Part shown: in pieces, positions 1-9,837 of the stretch
Layout: every line of letters begins with the position of its first letter
How positions within the stretch are numbered: position 1 is the stretch's first letter
Origin: an uncultured Gemmatimonadota bacterium
GTDB lineage: Bacteria; JAAXHH01
Direction: 5' to 3'
NCBI GenBank assembly: GCA_951812955.1
Contig: OX638340.1
Span: 1,152,001 to 1,216,000, forward strand
Length of the DNA: 64,000 bases
The notes under the pieces: model-generated
What the model was told of the DNA's origin: nothing
Database searches by the model: none
The model's input: the letters and a program-made list of their open reading frames with translations, nothing else
Made by a program: the position numbers and the translations under genes

Positions 1-2
1 GA

Positions 3-686
3 AGCGCGGCGATGAACCGGACCGTCGGATGGATAACCGGCACGGGGCTGTTTCTCATTCCCGCGTATTTCCGTTACGAGCACCTGGCCCACCATTCCCA
101 CACGCAGATCACCGGAGACGATCCCGAAATGATCCCCATGGCGGAACGCCTGGGCGGCTATTTCTGGTATGCGACGGGCATTCCATACTTCTACAGCAAC
201 CTGACGACCCTGGTAAGGATGCTGTTCTGGAGGTTCAACGCGGCCGAACGCAAGTTCCTGCCCCGGCGGGAACGGGGCAACGTGGTGATGGAAGCCTGGA
301 GCATGGTCCTGGCATACGGGGCGCTGGCGGCCGTATCTATCTGGATCGATACGGCGGCCGTAGTCCTGTACTGGCTGGCCCCTCGCCTCGTGGGCGAACC
401 CGTCATGCGCCTCATACGCATGTCCGAACACACGGGCTGCCCCCGCGTGCGCCATATCCTGCTCAACACCCGCACCGTGCTGACCATTCCGCTGATCCGG
501 TGGCTGAACTGGAACAACGCGTATCACGCCGAACACCATGCCATTCCTACCGTACCCTTCCACGCCCTGGGCGACCTGCACCGGGTCATGGGGCCCCATT
601 TCGAGGAAGTGCGGCCGGGATACGTGAACACGCAGTTGCACCTGATGTCAAACGGGATGAAAAACAGTACGGCACAGGATGGCTGA
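3..686 (+). CDS. Fatty-acid desaturase family membrane protein, 5'-truncated by the window edge
   Basis: His boxes HLAHHSH and HAEHH are present. The frame is open to the window start and the first His box would lie upstream. Confidence 0.6.
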   Translation, partial: SAAMNRTVGWITGTGLFLIPAYFRYEHLAHHSHTQITGDDPEMIPMAERLGGYFWYATGIPYFYSNLTTLVRMLFWRFNAAERKFLPRRERGNVVMEAWSMVLAYGALAAVSIWIDTAAVVLYWLAPRLVGEPVMRLIRMSEHTGCPRVRHILLNTRTVLTIPLIRWLNWNNAYHAEHHAIPTVPFHALGDLHRVMGPHFEEVRPGYVNTQLHLMSNGMKNSTAQDG

Positions 687-694
687 CCGGCAGG

Positions 695-1090
695 TCAGTC
701 TTTCGTGGATTCCGGTGGGGAGTCCTTGGGGGGTACGACACACAGGAACCCGAGGGGATCCTTTCCGACACTCTCGAACTGGTGCTGTTCGTTCGGCGCG
801 ATATACACCACGTCGCCCGGGGACACGTCGTGCACGTCCCAGCCGATGAGCACTTTCGCCCTGCCCCGAAGTATGTAGATGCCGTGGTCGTGGTCGTGGC
901 GGTCGAAGGAGGACTGCCCGCCCGGCTCGATTTCGAAATAGCGCACGGAGAAATTGTTCGCTCCGTCTTCGGGACCGATGACCACCCGCACCGACCCGCC
1001 GACCGCGCCGCCCCCGGTGTAGGGGACCATCTCCACGCCCGCCCAGTCGTTCGCTCCGTTCTGCCCCCGATGTTTGTGCACAACGCCCAT
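695..1090 (-). CDS. Cupin-domain protein
   Basis: 131 aa with a HDHDHG...G..E..H style cupin metal-binding pattern. It is convergent with the desaturase. Confidence 0.5.
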   Translation of the reverse strand: MGVVHKHRGQNGANDWAGVEMVPYTGGGAVGGSVRVVIGPEDGANNFSVRYFEIEPGGQSSFDRHDHDHGIYILRGRAKVLIGWDVHDVSPGDVVYIAPNEQHQFESVGKDPLGFLCVVPPKDSPPESTKD

Positions 1091-1132
1091 GAGAAGCTGG
1101 TCCGCCTGATAGACACTGCCTGGGGCAGTGAA

Positions 1133-2188
1133 TTACATGAAGTTACGCACGCCGCTTCCGTGCAGTTCCGATATGCGTTCGGCGTCCGCCCGGTCGAAGC
1201 CGATGGCCACGAGCTCGCGAATGCGCTTCCGGTGCATCTCTTCGTATAGTCCCACTACCGCGTCCCGCCCCCGGGCCAGTTGCTCCGGGTGCGATCCACC
1301 GCCGGCCAGCGTCATCATGGCCTTGAGCACGAAGGGACTGGAACCCGACGCCTGCTGGAGGAACAGGGTGCGTTCCTCGGCAGCCCGCATCAGGTCATCC
1401 TTTATCGATGGGTCCTGTTCGATGTGGTAGGCGAAATGGGAGATCCCGTACCCGACGTGCCGGCCCTCGTCCTGGCGCGCGAGTTTGAAGGTCCGCGCGG
1501 TGACCGGATCCGGCGCGACCTGCTCCAGGAACATCAGCAGTTCCATGAATGTCCCCTCGCCCAGGACGTGCATCAGGAAGGATCCGTTGGAATAGTCGTC
1601 CTGGGCCAGCAGGCTGCGCAGGGACCATTCCGTCGCGGCCGAGACGTACTGCAGTCCGCCGCCGTTTGCGAGTGCCCGCTTGGTGAAAACCTCCGCGTGC
1701 CTGGCCTCGTCCATGACCTGCGTGGCGAGGAAAAGGACGACCTCGGAATACTGGGGATCGATCCTGTTCATGAACTTGGCCGGCATGTACATGGCCAGGT
1801 ATTCGTTCTGTATCAGGAAGGTCATGACCTGGCAGACCGCCTGCTCCAGATCGTCCGGCAACTCGGGTAGCTCGTGCCAGGGGATATCGGTCGTCGCGTC
1901 CCACTGCCCCGCCTTGCCCTGTTCGTACAGTTCCGCGATGTTATCGGCCCATACCAGCTTCTTCTCTCGAATGGTAAACTCGAAATCCGGCGTTCCGGGG
2001 TCGACCACCGATCCGCGCTGCGCCAGTCCCTGGCCTTGGGGCGCAACGTCCGGCACTTCGCCCGCCCTGCCGACCTGGCAGTCCCGCATCAGGATGCCGC
2101 GGCCATCCGCGGGTTTCACCCTGATTCCCCGGTCTGGCTCGCCCCAGTCGGACGTATCGGGCAATGGAATGCTGAAATCCTCGCTCAT
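1133..2188 (-). CDS. Ferritin-like diiron-carboxylate protein (AurF/CmlI-like N-oxygenase family?)
   Basis: 351 aa with paired E...EARH and DEGRH motifs typical of diiron carboxylate oxygenases. Confidence 0.45.
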   Translation of the reverse strand: MSEDFSIPLPDTSDWGEPDRGIRVKPADGRGILMRDCQVGRAGEVPDVAPQGQGLAQRGSVVDPGTPDFEFTIREKKLVWADNIAELYEQGKAGQWDATTDIPWHELPELPDDLEQAVCQVMTFLIQNEYLAMYMPAKFMNRIDPQYSEVVLFLATQVMDEARHAEVFTKRALANGGGLQYVSAATEWSLRSLLAQDDYSNGSFLMHVLGEGTFMELLMFLEQVAPDPVTARTFKLARQDEGRHVGYGISHFAYHIEQDPSIKDDLMRAAEERTLFLQQASGSSPFVLKAMMTLAGGGSHPEQLARGRDAVVGLYEEMHRKRIRELVAIGFDRADAERISELHGSGVRNFM

Positions 2189-2321
2189 TTACGGCTCATT
2201 TCCTGGTAATTCGTTTACGATTTGTTCCCTGGCACGGATTGACTTGGCCGTTCTCGCCAGGTAGTATGTATGATACTGCGTTTTGCGGTAGTTGACAAGA
2301 TGAAGGTGAACCGGGAGTCCC

Positions 2322-4388
2322 ATGAATCTGTCGCGGTTGAGGGTGTTTCGTCTCTGGCGCGTAATGGCGCGTCGCTTCAGGCAGCGCCTGCACGCCAATA
2401 TCGAACGCATGCGGACGACCGACCAGGTCTTCATGATCAGCGCCGCGGCGATCATCGGGGTACTCGGAAGCGTTGGCGCCATTGCCTTCCGCTGGCTGAT
2501 CGATACCATAGAATTCCTCGCCTGGGGGGGCGGTATACCCAGTGTCTCGTCGGCCGATACCCTGCTGATCGTGGGCGTCCCCGCGGCCGGCGGGCTGATC
2601 GTGGGCGTTCTCATCTATTTCAGTACACGCGAAGCACGCGGACTGCCCGATGTCATGGAAGCCGTAGCGCTCCGCGGCGGCCGTGTCCGACCCCGCGTCG
2701 CGGTTGAGACCTCGATGGCCACGGCCATCAGTATCGGTACCGGTCTTTCGGTGGGACGGGAAGGACCCATCGCCCAGATCGGCGCGGCGCTCGGATCCAC
2801 TTTCGGGCAACTGACGAGGGTGAACATGCACCGCATGCGTACCTTCGTGGGCTGCGGCGCGGCGGCCGGTATAGCCGCTACCTTCAACACGCCCATCGCC
2901 GGAGCGCTTTTCTCCCTGGAAGTGATCCTGGGAAACTTCTCCTTCAGCCGGTTCAGTCCCATCGTGATCTCATCCGTGGTGGCCACGGCCATATCCCGTC
3001 ACTACCTCGGCAACCAGCCCGCGATCATCGTTCCACCCCACAGCCTGAATCATCCGCTGGAACTCGCGTTCTACGCCGTGCTGGGCATATTGGCAGCCAT
3101 CGTGGGAACGTTTTTCGTCCGGGCGCTTTACGGCGTGGAAGACCTGTACCGGAAAATACCGATCCCCGAATACCTGAAACCCATGACAGGCGGCCTGCTC
3201 GTCGGCCTCATTGCCCTCCTGTATCCACAGATCCTCGGCGTGGGTTATGAAACCATGGACCGTGCGCTTTTTTCTGATCTGGAATGGAAGCTCCTGGTCA
3301 TCCTCGTTTTCATGAAAATCGCGGCTACTTCCTTCACGCTGGGGTCGGGCGCATCGGGCGGCGTAATCGCCCCGTCCATGTTCGTGGGCTGCATGCTGGG
3401 GGGCGCTTTCGGCGTGCTGGTGAATCTGCTCTTCCCCGGCATGAGCGAAGCCCACGGCGCCTATGCACTTGTGGCAATGGGGGCCCTGGTCTCGTCGACC
3501 ATCCGTACGCCGCTCACAGCGATTCTCATGATTTTTGAAATGACCGGCGACTACACGCTCATTCTGCCGCTAATGATCTCAATCATCATAAGTACGGCGT
3601 TATCCGCCTATCTGCTGAAGCCCTCGGTGTATTCTCTGCGCCTGTTGAGAAGGAACATCGACCTGGAAAAGGGTCAGGAAACGAACATACTGAGGTCGCT
3701 TACCGTCTCGGAGGTCCGCGTTCCGTTTTTCGAAACGATACCGCCCGAGGCCCCGCTTGAGGACCTGATGTCGCGCCTGGCTGAGAGTTCCTTTACCGAG
3801 TTCTACATCACCGACGGCGAAGGGCGGTACAGGGGAGCGGTCACATTCGATCGCATCCGCAGCCTCGTCGCATACGGCGAGGACCTCGAGGGGGTCATCG
3901 TGGCCCATGACATCGCCCAGTTCGACCTGCCGACGGTTACGGACACAGACACCCTGGACCGGGTCATGCTGCTGTTCGGCCGGCATCAAGTCAACGCCTT
4001 CCCCGTAGTGGAACCGGGCACGGACCGCCTCGTCGGCGTGATCAGCAGGGAGCATGTCATGGACGCGTACAACCGCGAGACCGCCAGAAGGGACCTGGCC
4101 GGTGAATTCGGCAGCATGGTGAATACGCTGACCGGAGGACAGGTCGTTCGACTGGGGGTAGATTACGCGATGGTCGAAATCAATGCGCCCGGTCGGTTCA
4201 CGGGCCGCAGTATCCGGAGCCTGCAGATCCGCAGCCGGCAGGGGGTACAGATCCTGCTCATCAGGAAACGGGAGCACCGTGCCGGCCAGGCCCATTTCGT
4301 TCCTACGCCCGATTATGTGATCCAGGAGGATGATGTATTGCTCGTCGCCGGAGAGCGCGACAGTATAGAACGCATCGTTAACCTTTAA
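2322..4388 (+). CDS. ClC-family voltage-gated chloride channel with C-terminal CBS pair and TrkA-C domain
   Basis: GREGP, GxFxP and GSGASGG selectivity-filter-like motifs. There are many TM helices, then CBS-like segments and an RCK-C-like tail. Confidence 0.8.
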   Translation: MNLSRLRVFRLWRVMARRFRQRLHANIERMRTTDQVFMISAAAIIGVLGSVGAIAFRWLIDTIEFLAWGGGIPSVSSADTLLIVGVPAAGGLIVGVLIYFSTREARGLPDVMEAVALRGGRVRPRVAVETSMATAISIGTGLSVGREGPIAQIGAALGSTFGQLTRVNMHRMRTFVGCGAAAGIAATFNTPIAGALFSLEVILGNFSFSRFSPIVISSVVATAISRHYLGNQPAIIVPPHSLNHPLELAFYAVLGILAAIVGTFFVRALYGVEDLYRKIPIPEYLKPMTGGLLVGLIALLYPQILGVGYETMDRALFSDLEWKLLVILVFMKIAATSFTLGSGASGGVIAPSMFVGCMLGGAFGVLVNLLFPGMSEAHGAYALVAMGALVSSTIRTPLTAILMIFEMTGDYTLILPLMISIIISTALSAYLLKPSVYSLRLLRRNIDLEKGQETNILRSLTVSEVRVPFFETIPPEAPLEDLMSRLAESSFTEFYITDGEGRYRGAVTFDRIRSLVAYGEDLEGVIVAHDIAQFDLPTVTDTDTLDRVMLLFGRHQVNAFPVVEPGTDRLVGVISREHVMDAYNRETARRDLAGEFGSMVNTLTGGQVVRLGVDYAMVEINAPGRFTGRSIRSLQIRSRQGVQILLIRKREHRAGQAHFVPTPDYVIQEDDVLLVAGERDSIERIVNL

Positions 4389-4395
4389 TGTTCAG

Positions 4396-4424
4396 TTGAC
4401 AGCATGCTATTTCGCCCTATTATA
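4396..4424 (+). promoter_or_regulatory. Sigma70-like promoter TTGACA-N17-ATTATA upstream of the porin gene
   Basis: TTGACA at 4396-4401, a 17-nt spacer and ATTATA at 4419-4424. A GGAGG RBS lies at 4476-4480 before ATG 4488. Confidence 0.45.
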
Positions 4425-4487
4425 TCGATCAGTCTTTAGCATCGAGGGGGTTCCTTTTCCATCACTTCACTTTATGGAGGCGCGAAA

Positions 4488-5591
4488 ATGGGTACCTTTT
4501 GGCTTCAACGGATCACCACTTTGCTACCGGTCCTGCTCCTGTCGGCCATGCCGGCAATCGCACAGGAGAATAAGGGGGACGGCGGGGAGACCGGTGGAGG
4601 CGAAGGCCTGTCGAACCTTGTCGAAATCTCAGGGTTCGTAGACGCCAGTTATACCTACAGTAACCTGGATGATGCAAATACCTTCGGCCTCGATCAGGTG
4701 GAGATCGACCTGTCGAAAAACCTGGGGGGAATCGGGACGCTGAGGGCCGACCTGGAATGGGTGAGCGACGGAGAGGGCGGCTTTACCCTGGACGCGGAGC
4801 AGGGGTACGTGACCCTGGATCTCGGCCTGGGCCGCGGGAAGGGGAACTATCCGACTCTTACTTTCGGCAAATTCAACGCGCCCATCGGGTTCGAACTCCT
4901 TGACGCCCCGGACATGTACCAGTACTCCCACGCGCTGGTCTTCGACATGGGACTTCCGACCAACCTGACCGGCGCCATGCTGTCCATGGACCTGGGCGGC
5001 GGTGTCGACGTGGTGGTCCACTTGTCGAACGGGTGGGACCAGAACGTGGATGGGAATACCGATAAGATGATCGGCGGCAGACTCGGTTATAGCCACGAGG
5101 AGAAGGGCGGTATCGGCTTTTCGGCCATGCGCGGCGACGAGTCGGGCTTCACGGGCAACCTGACGGTTTACGACATCGACCTGACCCTGACGCCGCGCCC
5201 AGACCTGATCATCGGCGGCGAGTACAACAACGGACGTACGGACCTGGACGAGGTCCTCGAACAAGATTCCAGCTGGAACGGCTACATGGTGATGGCCCAC
5301 TTCGATTTCAACGACGTCGTAGGAATTACGGGACGGTACGACTATTTCACCAGAGAGGTCGAGTCCAATTTCCCCAGCCTGCAAACCGGAAGTACCGGAC
5401 CGAAGTTCAATCTGAAAGAAACACGCCAGGCCCTTACCATCGCTCCGACGTTCGCGCTGGCCGACGGCCTGGGCTTCCTGATGGAACTACGGCGGGATTT
5501 CTCGGACGATGAGATCTTCGGGAACCCGGAAACCGGCGATGCGGAGAAGGCGATGGTCAATTTCGCCTTCGAGATGACCTACTCATTCTGA
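4488..5591 (+). CDS. Outer-membrane beta-barrel (porin-like) protein
   Basis: Signal peptide ending AIAQE, alternating beta-strand pattern and an aromatic C-terminus ...TYSF. Confidence 0.55.
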   Translation: MGTFWLQRITTLLPVLLLSAMPAIAQENKGDGGETGGGEGLSNLVEISGFVDASYTYSNLDDANTFGLDQVEIDLSKNLGGIGTLRADLEWVSDGEGGFTLDAEQGYVTLDLGLGRGKGNYPTLTFGKFNAPIGFELLDAPDMYQYSHALVFDMGLPTNLTGAMLSMDLGGGVDVVVHLSNGWDQNVDGNTDKMIGGRLGYSHEEKGGIGFSAMRGDESGFTGNLTVYDIDLTLTPRPDLIIGGEYNNGRTDLDEVLEQDSSWNGYMVMAHFDFNDVVGITGRYDYFTREVESNFPSLQTGSTGPKFNLKETRQALTIAPTFALADGLGFLMELRRDFSDDEIFGNPETGDAEKAMVNFAFEMTYSF

Positions 5592-5630
5592 TTCGTCTAT
5601 GGAATGACCTGCTCGTTCAGTCCAGCGCGG

Positions 5631-5774
5631 GACGCGGTCCGGGCAATTTGGTCTGGCGGGGCCAGTTCAGTACAGATCGGCCGCGGCCGCACCGGCTCGC
5701 AGGACGCGGTCCGGGCAATTTGGTCTGGCGGGGCCAGTTCAGTACAGATCGGCCGCGGCCGCACCGGCTCGCAG
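5631..5774. repeat. Perfect 2 x 72 bp tandem duplication spanning the tsaC 3' end and stop codon
   Basis: The unit at 5631-5702 is repeated exactly at 5703-5774. The second copy encodes the TsaC C-terminus ...ILRAGAAAADLY*. Confidence 0.9.
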
Positions 5775-6356
5775 GATGTCGGGCTCGTCGCCCGTCAGAT
5801 CGACTACTGTGGACGGCTCCGAAACACCTGCGCCGCCGTCCACGATAACATCCACGGCCTTGCCGTACCGGGACGCTATGGATTCGATGTCGTTTATCGC
5901 GAAACCGTCCGCCGCCGACGCGATGCTGGTACTCAGCACGGGTCGTCCTAGGGCCTGTACGATCTCGAGGCATATGCGGTTGTCCGGCACCCGGATTCCT
6001 ACCGTCCGCCGCTTGCCGATCATGAACTTCGGCACGTCTCGCGAAGCTTCCAGAATGAAGGTATAAGGCCCGGGGAGAAGGCGTTTCATCATGCGGTAGG
6101 CCGCATTGGAAATGTTCTTCGCATACCGGGCGAGATCACTTAAATCCGAACAAACGAAACTGAGCGGCTTCCCGGCGGGAGCCTGCTTGATCTGGTAGAT
6201 CCGGTTGATGGCCTTGCGGTTGAATATATCGCAACCCAGTCCATAGACCGTGTCGGTCGGATAGACGATTACGCCGCCCCGGTGCAGTGCTTCGACGACC
6301 CGGTCGACATGCCGTTTCTGGGGGTGTTCGGGGTGTAGTTGTAGGATATCGGCCAT
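5739..6356 (-). CDS. tsaC: L-threonylcarbamoyladenylate synthase (TsaC/YrdC family)
   Basis: 205 aa with the YPTDTVYGLGCD motif typical of YrdC/Sua5. Confidence 0.8.
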   Translation of the reverse strand: MADILQLHPEHPQKRHVDRVVEALHRGGVIVYPTDTVYGLGCDIFNRKAINRIYQIKQAPAGKPLSFVCSDLSDLARYAKNISNAAYRMMKRLLPGPYTFILEASRDVPKFMIGKRRTVGIRVPDNRICLEIVQALGRPVLSTSIASAADGFAINDIESIASRYGKAVDVIVDGGAGVSEPSTVVDLTGDEPDILRAGAAAADLY

Positions 6357-6362
6357 GGCTGC

Positions 6363-7403
6363 TCAGGAAACGTGATTCAGCACTTTCCGGCATACGTCGA
6401 TGGCCCGGTCGATCTGTTCGCCGCTCACGTCCAGATGGGTTACGGCGCGGATGACGCCCGGCTTCATGGCCAGCATCCGGACGCCTTCTTCCGACAGACG
6501 CTCGACGGCCTCGAAGGGATCAAGACCATCCCGCAGGCTGAAGAAGATCATGTTGCTGTGTATCTCGTCTAGGTCGACCTCGACGGTATCAAGATCGGCG
6601 AGCGCTTCCGCCAGCCGATGGGCGTGGGCGTGATCCTCCGCGAGCCGGGAGATATTGTGCTCCATGGCATAGAGACCGGCCGCCGCAAGGACGCCCGCTT
6701 GCCGCAAGCCGCCGCCCAGCATCTTGCGGTAGTACCTGGCCGTGTCTATCGTAGCCCGGTCCCCCGCCAGGACGCTGCCGACCGGGGCGCCCAGGCCCTT
6801 TGAAAGGCATACGGAAACCGTGTCGACGTGCTGGGTATAGGTCTGGGCCGTGAGACCCTTCGCCACGCAGGCGTTGAACAGCCTCGCGCCGTCCATGTGG
6901 ATACACAAGTTGTTTGACCGCGCGCACGCGCTGACCCTGGAAAGGGCATCCACGGGCCAGGGATAACCCGCGGACTTGTTGTGGGTGTTCTCCACGGCGA
7001 CCAGCGCGGTCCTGCCGTAATGCACGTTGTCGCCCCGCTGTATCACTTCCTCCATCTGCGCCGGCGTGAAAACGCCCCGTTCACCCGTCAGCAGCCGGAC
7101 CTGCACCCCTGACAGCGCGCCGAGGGCGCCGGCTTCCGCGTTGAACACGTGGCTGTACTTTTCCGCAATGATGTCATTGCCGTGACGGGTCTGCGACCGG
7201 ACCGCCACCTGGTTGCCCTGCGTTCCGCTGGTAACGAACAGGCCGGCCTCCTTACCGAGCAGGGCGGCCATGGCCTCTTCCAGCCGATTGACCGAGGGAT
7301 CCTCACCGAAACAGTCGTCGCCGACTTCGGCGTTCGCCATGGCGCGACGCATGGATGGAGTCGGCCTGGTCATGGTGTCGCTGCGAAGTTCGACGATCTC
7401 CAT
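6363..7403 (-). CDS. ltaE: Low-specificity L-threonine aldolase
   Basis: RSDTMTRPT, FGEDP and PLP-fold features. Confidence 0.75.
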   Translation of the reverse strand: MEIVELRSDTMTRPTPSMRRAMANAEVGDDCFGEDPSVNRLEEAMAALLGKEAGLFVTSGTQGNQVAVRSQTRHGNDIIAEKYSHVFNAEAGALGALSGVQVRLLTGERGVFTPAQMEEVIQRGDNVHYGRTALVAVENTHNKSAGYPWPVDALSRVSACARSNNLCIHMDGARLFNACVAKGLTAQTYTQHVDTVSVCLSKGLGAPVGSVLAGDRATIDTARYYRKMLGGGLRQAGVLAAAGLYAMEHNISRLAEDHAHAHRLAEALADLDTVEVDLDEIHSNMIFFSLRDGLDPFEAVERLSEEGVRMLAMKPGVIRAVTHLDVSGEQIDRAIDVCRKVLNHVS

Positions 7404-7412
7404 GGAATCTCC

Positions 7413-7853
7413 TCAGTGTCCGTACTTGATTAAGGTCACGCTGGTGCCGTTTTCCGTGATATCGAACTCTACTTCGTCCATGAGGGCCTTGATCATCAGG
7501 ATGCCTCGGCCATTTTCCTTGAGCAGGTTGTCCGGGTTTCGCGGGTCAGGAAGGGTGTCGGGATCGAAACCCCGTCCGCAGTCGCAGATGTGGATCCGGA
7601 ACACCGCCGAACTGCAATTGCAGGTGATAATGACCTGCTTGGACTCGTCGCACTGGTTTCCATGAAGAATCGCGTTCTTTACCGCTTCGTTCACGGCGAT
7701 CATGATGTCGCCGCGCGATCCCTTGTCGAAGCCGGTCCGGACCGTCAGGTCCTCTATGCGGCGATCTACCTCCGCCGTCAGATCGGGATTGCTTGGAATC
7801 GACAGTTCCAGCGTCACGCCGCTTCCAGCCTCGCCGTGCTCACATTCGCCCAT
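7413..7853 (-). CDS. Anti-sigma regulatory factor (RsbW/SpoIIAB-like Ser kinase, HATPase_c_2)
   Basis: GHKL ATPase motifs (NAILHG, DCGRGFD). The start is trimmed to internal Met 7853; the ORF extends to 7934. Confidence 0.55.
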   Translation of the reverse strand: MGECEHGEAGSGVTLELSIPSNPDLTAEVDRRIEDLTVRTGFDKGSRGDIMIAVNEAVKNAILHGNQCDESKQVIITCNCSSAVFRIHICDCGRGFDPDTLPDPRNPDNLLKENGRGILMIKALMDEVEFDITENGTSVTLIKYGH

Positions 7854-8009
7854 GTAAGACGCTCCATGTGGCCTGCGCGCGAATAGCCCGCGCCCGGCCT
7901 GAATCTCACCGGGATCATCCCCGTCCCGGAACACGGTATCTGCCTTTCGGACAAAACCAAAGTACCGAGTGGGTGGTGCCGTGTCAAGTTCGGGGAGGCG
8001 GGTTGCGGC

Positions 8010-9815
8010 CTACTGCGGTTTTTTGAATCTGCGATCGATCTCCTCGAGCGGCATGCGTACCACAATGGGCCGTCCGCCGGGCGTCACGTAGGGCATTTCC
8101 GTGGCGAACAGGTCGTTGACGAGCCCGTTCATTTCCTGCTGGGACAGCGCGTCGCCCTTACGGATTCCGGCATGGGAGGAGAAGGTAAGGGCGATTCGTT
8201 CTTCCGCCTTCAGGGCCTTCTCCGGTTGTTCCTGCAGGTTCTCAATCATTCTGTGAAACAGCGTATCCACGCCCTGGTTGCTGGCCATACAGGGTACGGC
8301 GTCGACGACCACGGTCTGCTCGCCGAACAGTTTCAAACTGAATCCCAACTTGCCGAAATGATCGAAGTGTTCCTGGACGAGCGCGATCTGGGGAACCATG
8401 AGATCCAGGGTCACCGGGAACAGCAATTGCTGGGAGGGGGCGGATTCATGGGCCATCGTATTCAGAGCCCGTTCGAACAGCACTCGCTCGTGGGCGGCGT
8501 GCTGGTCGATCAGCATGAATCCGTCTTTAACCTGGGCCAGGATATAGGCGTTGTGCAACTGCCAGAGCGATACCGTTTCGCCATCGTTACTCTCCCTGAC
8601 CGCTCCCTGCCCCTCTTCGTCACGCTCCCCTTGCTCCGCCGCCGCCGGGGTATAGGTCCACTCGCCCGAATGGTTCCCGTCGCGGTTTGTGGCGCCGAAC
8701 AGGTCGATCTGGGTCCTTCGATTCACGGCCGATCCCGGATCCGGCGCGGTCGCGCTACCGGGCGCCGCGGCCGGCGTCATCTCGGAAACGTCCGGCGTAT
8801 CCGTCTCGAAAACAGGAACCACGTCCGAGTTCTGAAGCGCCAGCCGAATGGCCCGCAACAGCCGCTCATATACCCTGGATTCGTCGGAGAACCGGACCTC
8901 GCGCTTCGCGGGATGTACATTGACGTCCACCTGGTCGAGGTCGATGTTCAGGAAAATGATGGATACGGGATACCGGTCCCGGGGAAGGATGGAACCGTAC
9001 CCTTCGTACACGGCGTGGTTCAAGGCGCGACTGGACACCGGCCTGAGGTTGATGAACAGATACTGGTGGGTACGGGAAACCCTGGCGGCGTCCGGTCGAC
9101 TGATGAACCCGTGTATCTTGACGAGTTCGTCTTCGAAAGTGACCGGTATCATCTGGTTCATGAGCGTGTTGCCCATGACGGCCTGCGCGCGGGTATAGGC
9201 GTTGGACACGGCGGGCAGGGAAAGGGTATCCCGTCCGTCTACCGTCAGCGTGAAAGCGATATCGGGATAGGCCATCGCCGTCGTGGATACCACGGAGACA
9301 ATATGGCGCGTCTCCGTAGCCGTCGTCCGCAGGAACTTCCGGCGGACGGGTACGTTGTAGAACAACTGCGACACGGCGACCGTCGTGCCCCGGGCCCGTC
9401 CGGCGTCGGTTACCCGCGGAGGCGCCCCCCCGTCGATGCGAACCCGGGTCCCCGCCGTCTCCTCTTCCGCTCGGGACGTCAGGTCCACCCTGGCCACGGA
9501 GGCGATGCTGGCCAGCGCTTCGCCGCGGAAGCCGAAAGTTCCGATGCGATAAAGATCGTCTTCACTGTCGATTTTGCTGGTCGCATGACGCTCGAAGGCC
9601 AGCACCGCGTCCTCGCGGGACATGCCCCTACCGTTGTCCATTACGCGAATGAGTTGCTTCCCGCCCGACCTGACCTCCACGGAAACACGCTGGCCGTCGG
9701 CGTCGATGGCGTTCTCTAACAGCTCCTTTACGACCGAGGCCGGCCGCTCGATCACCTCGCCCGCGGCGATCATGTTCGCCAGCTTCCCGGGGAGCACCTT
9801 GATTTTATCGGCCAT
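8010..9815 (-). CDS. mutL: DNA mismatch repair protein MutL
   Basis: N-terminus MADKIKVLPGKLANMIAAGEVIERPASVVKELLENAIDAD is the canonical MutL GHKL ATPase. Confidence 0.9.
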   Translation of the reverse strand: MADKIKVLPGKLANMIAAGEVIERPASVVKELLENAIDADGQRVSVEVRSGGKQLIRVMDNGRGMSREDAVLAFERHATSKIDSEDDLYRIGTFGFRGEALASIASVARVDLTSRAEEETAGTRVRIDGGAPPRVTDAGRARGTTVAVSQLFYNVPVRRKFLRTTATETRHIVSVVSTTAMAYPDIAFTLTVDGRDTLSLPAVSNAYTRAQAVMGNTLMNQMIPVTFEDELVKIHGFISRPDAARVSRTHQYLFINLRPVSSRALNHAVYEGYGSILPRDRYPVSIIFLNIDLDQVDVNVHPAKREVRFSDESRVYERLLRAIRLALQNSDVVPVFETDTPDVSEMTPAAAPGSATAPDPGSAVNRRTQIDLFGATNRDGNHSGEWTYTPAAAEQGERDEEGQGAVRESNDGETVSLWQLHNAYILAQVKDGFMLIDQHAAHERVLFERALNTMAHESAPSQQLLFPVTLDLMVPQIALVQEHFDHFGKLGFSLKLFGEQTVVVDAVPCMASNQGVDTLFHRMIENLQEQPEKALKAEERIALTFSSHAGIRKGDALSQQEMNGLVNDLFATEMPYVTPGGRPIVVRMPLEEIDRRFKKPQ

Positions 9816-9837
9816 GTAGCACGCGCGTCCCTGTGGC

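Noticed and set aside
29-1249. 406-aa ORF on the + strand overlapping the desaturase and cupin genes
   Set aside because: Arg/Pro/Gly-rich translation typical of an out-of-frame read of high-GC coding DNA. The overlapping ORFs have real motifs.
5604-5973. ORFs on both strands translating the 72-bp duplication into internally repeated 'proteins'
   Set aside because: The internal repeat is just the DNA duplication. There are no start or RBS signals, and they overlap the tsaC terminus.
8172-9719. 515-aa ORF antisense to mutL
   Set aside because: It lies antisense to the canonical MutL sequence and is a low-complexity R/G/P-rich product, so a GC artefact.
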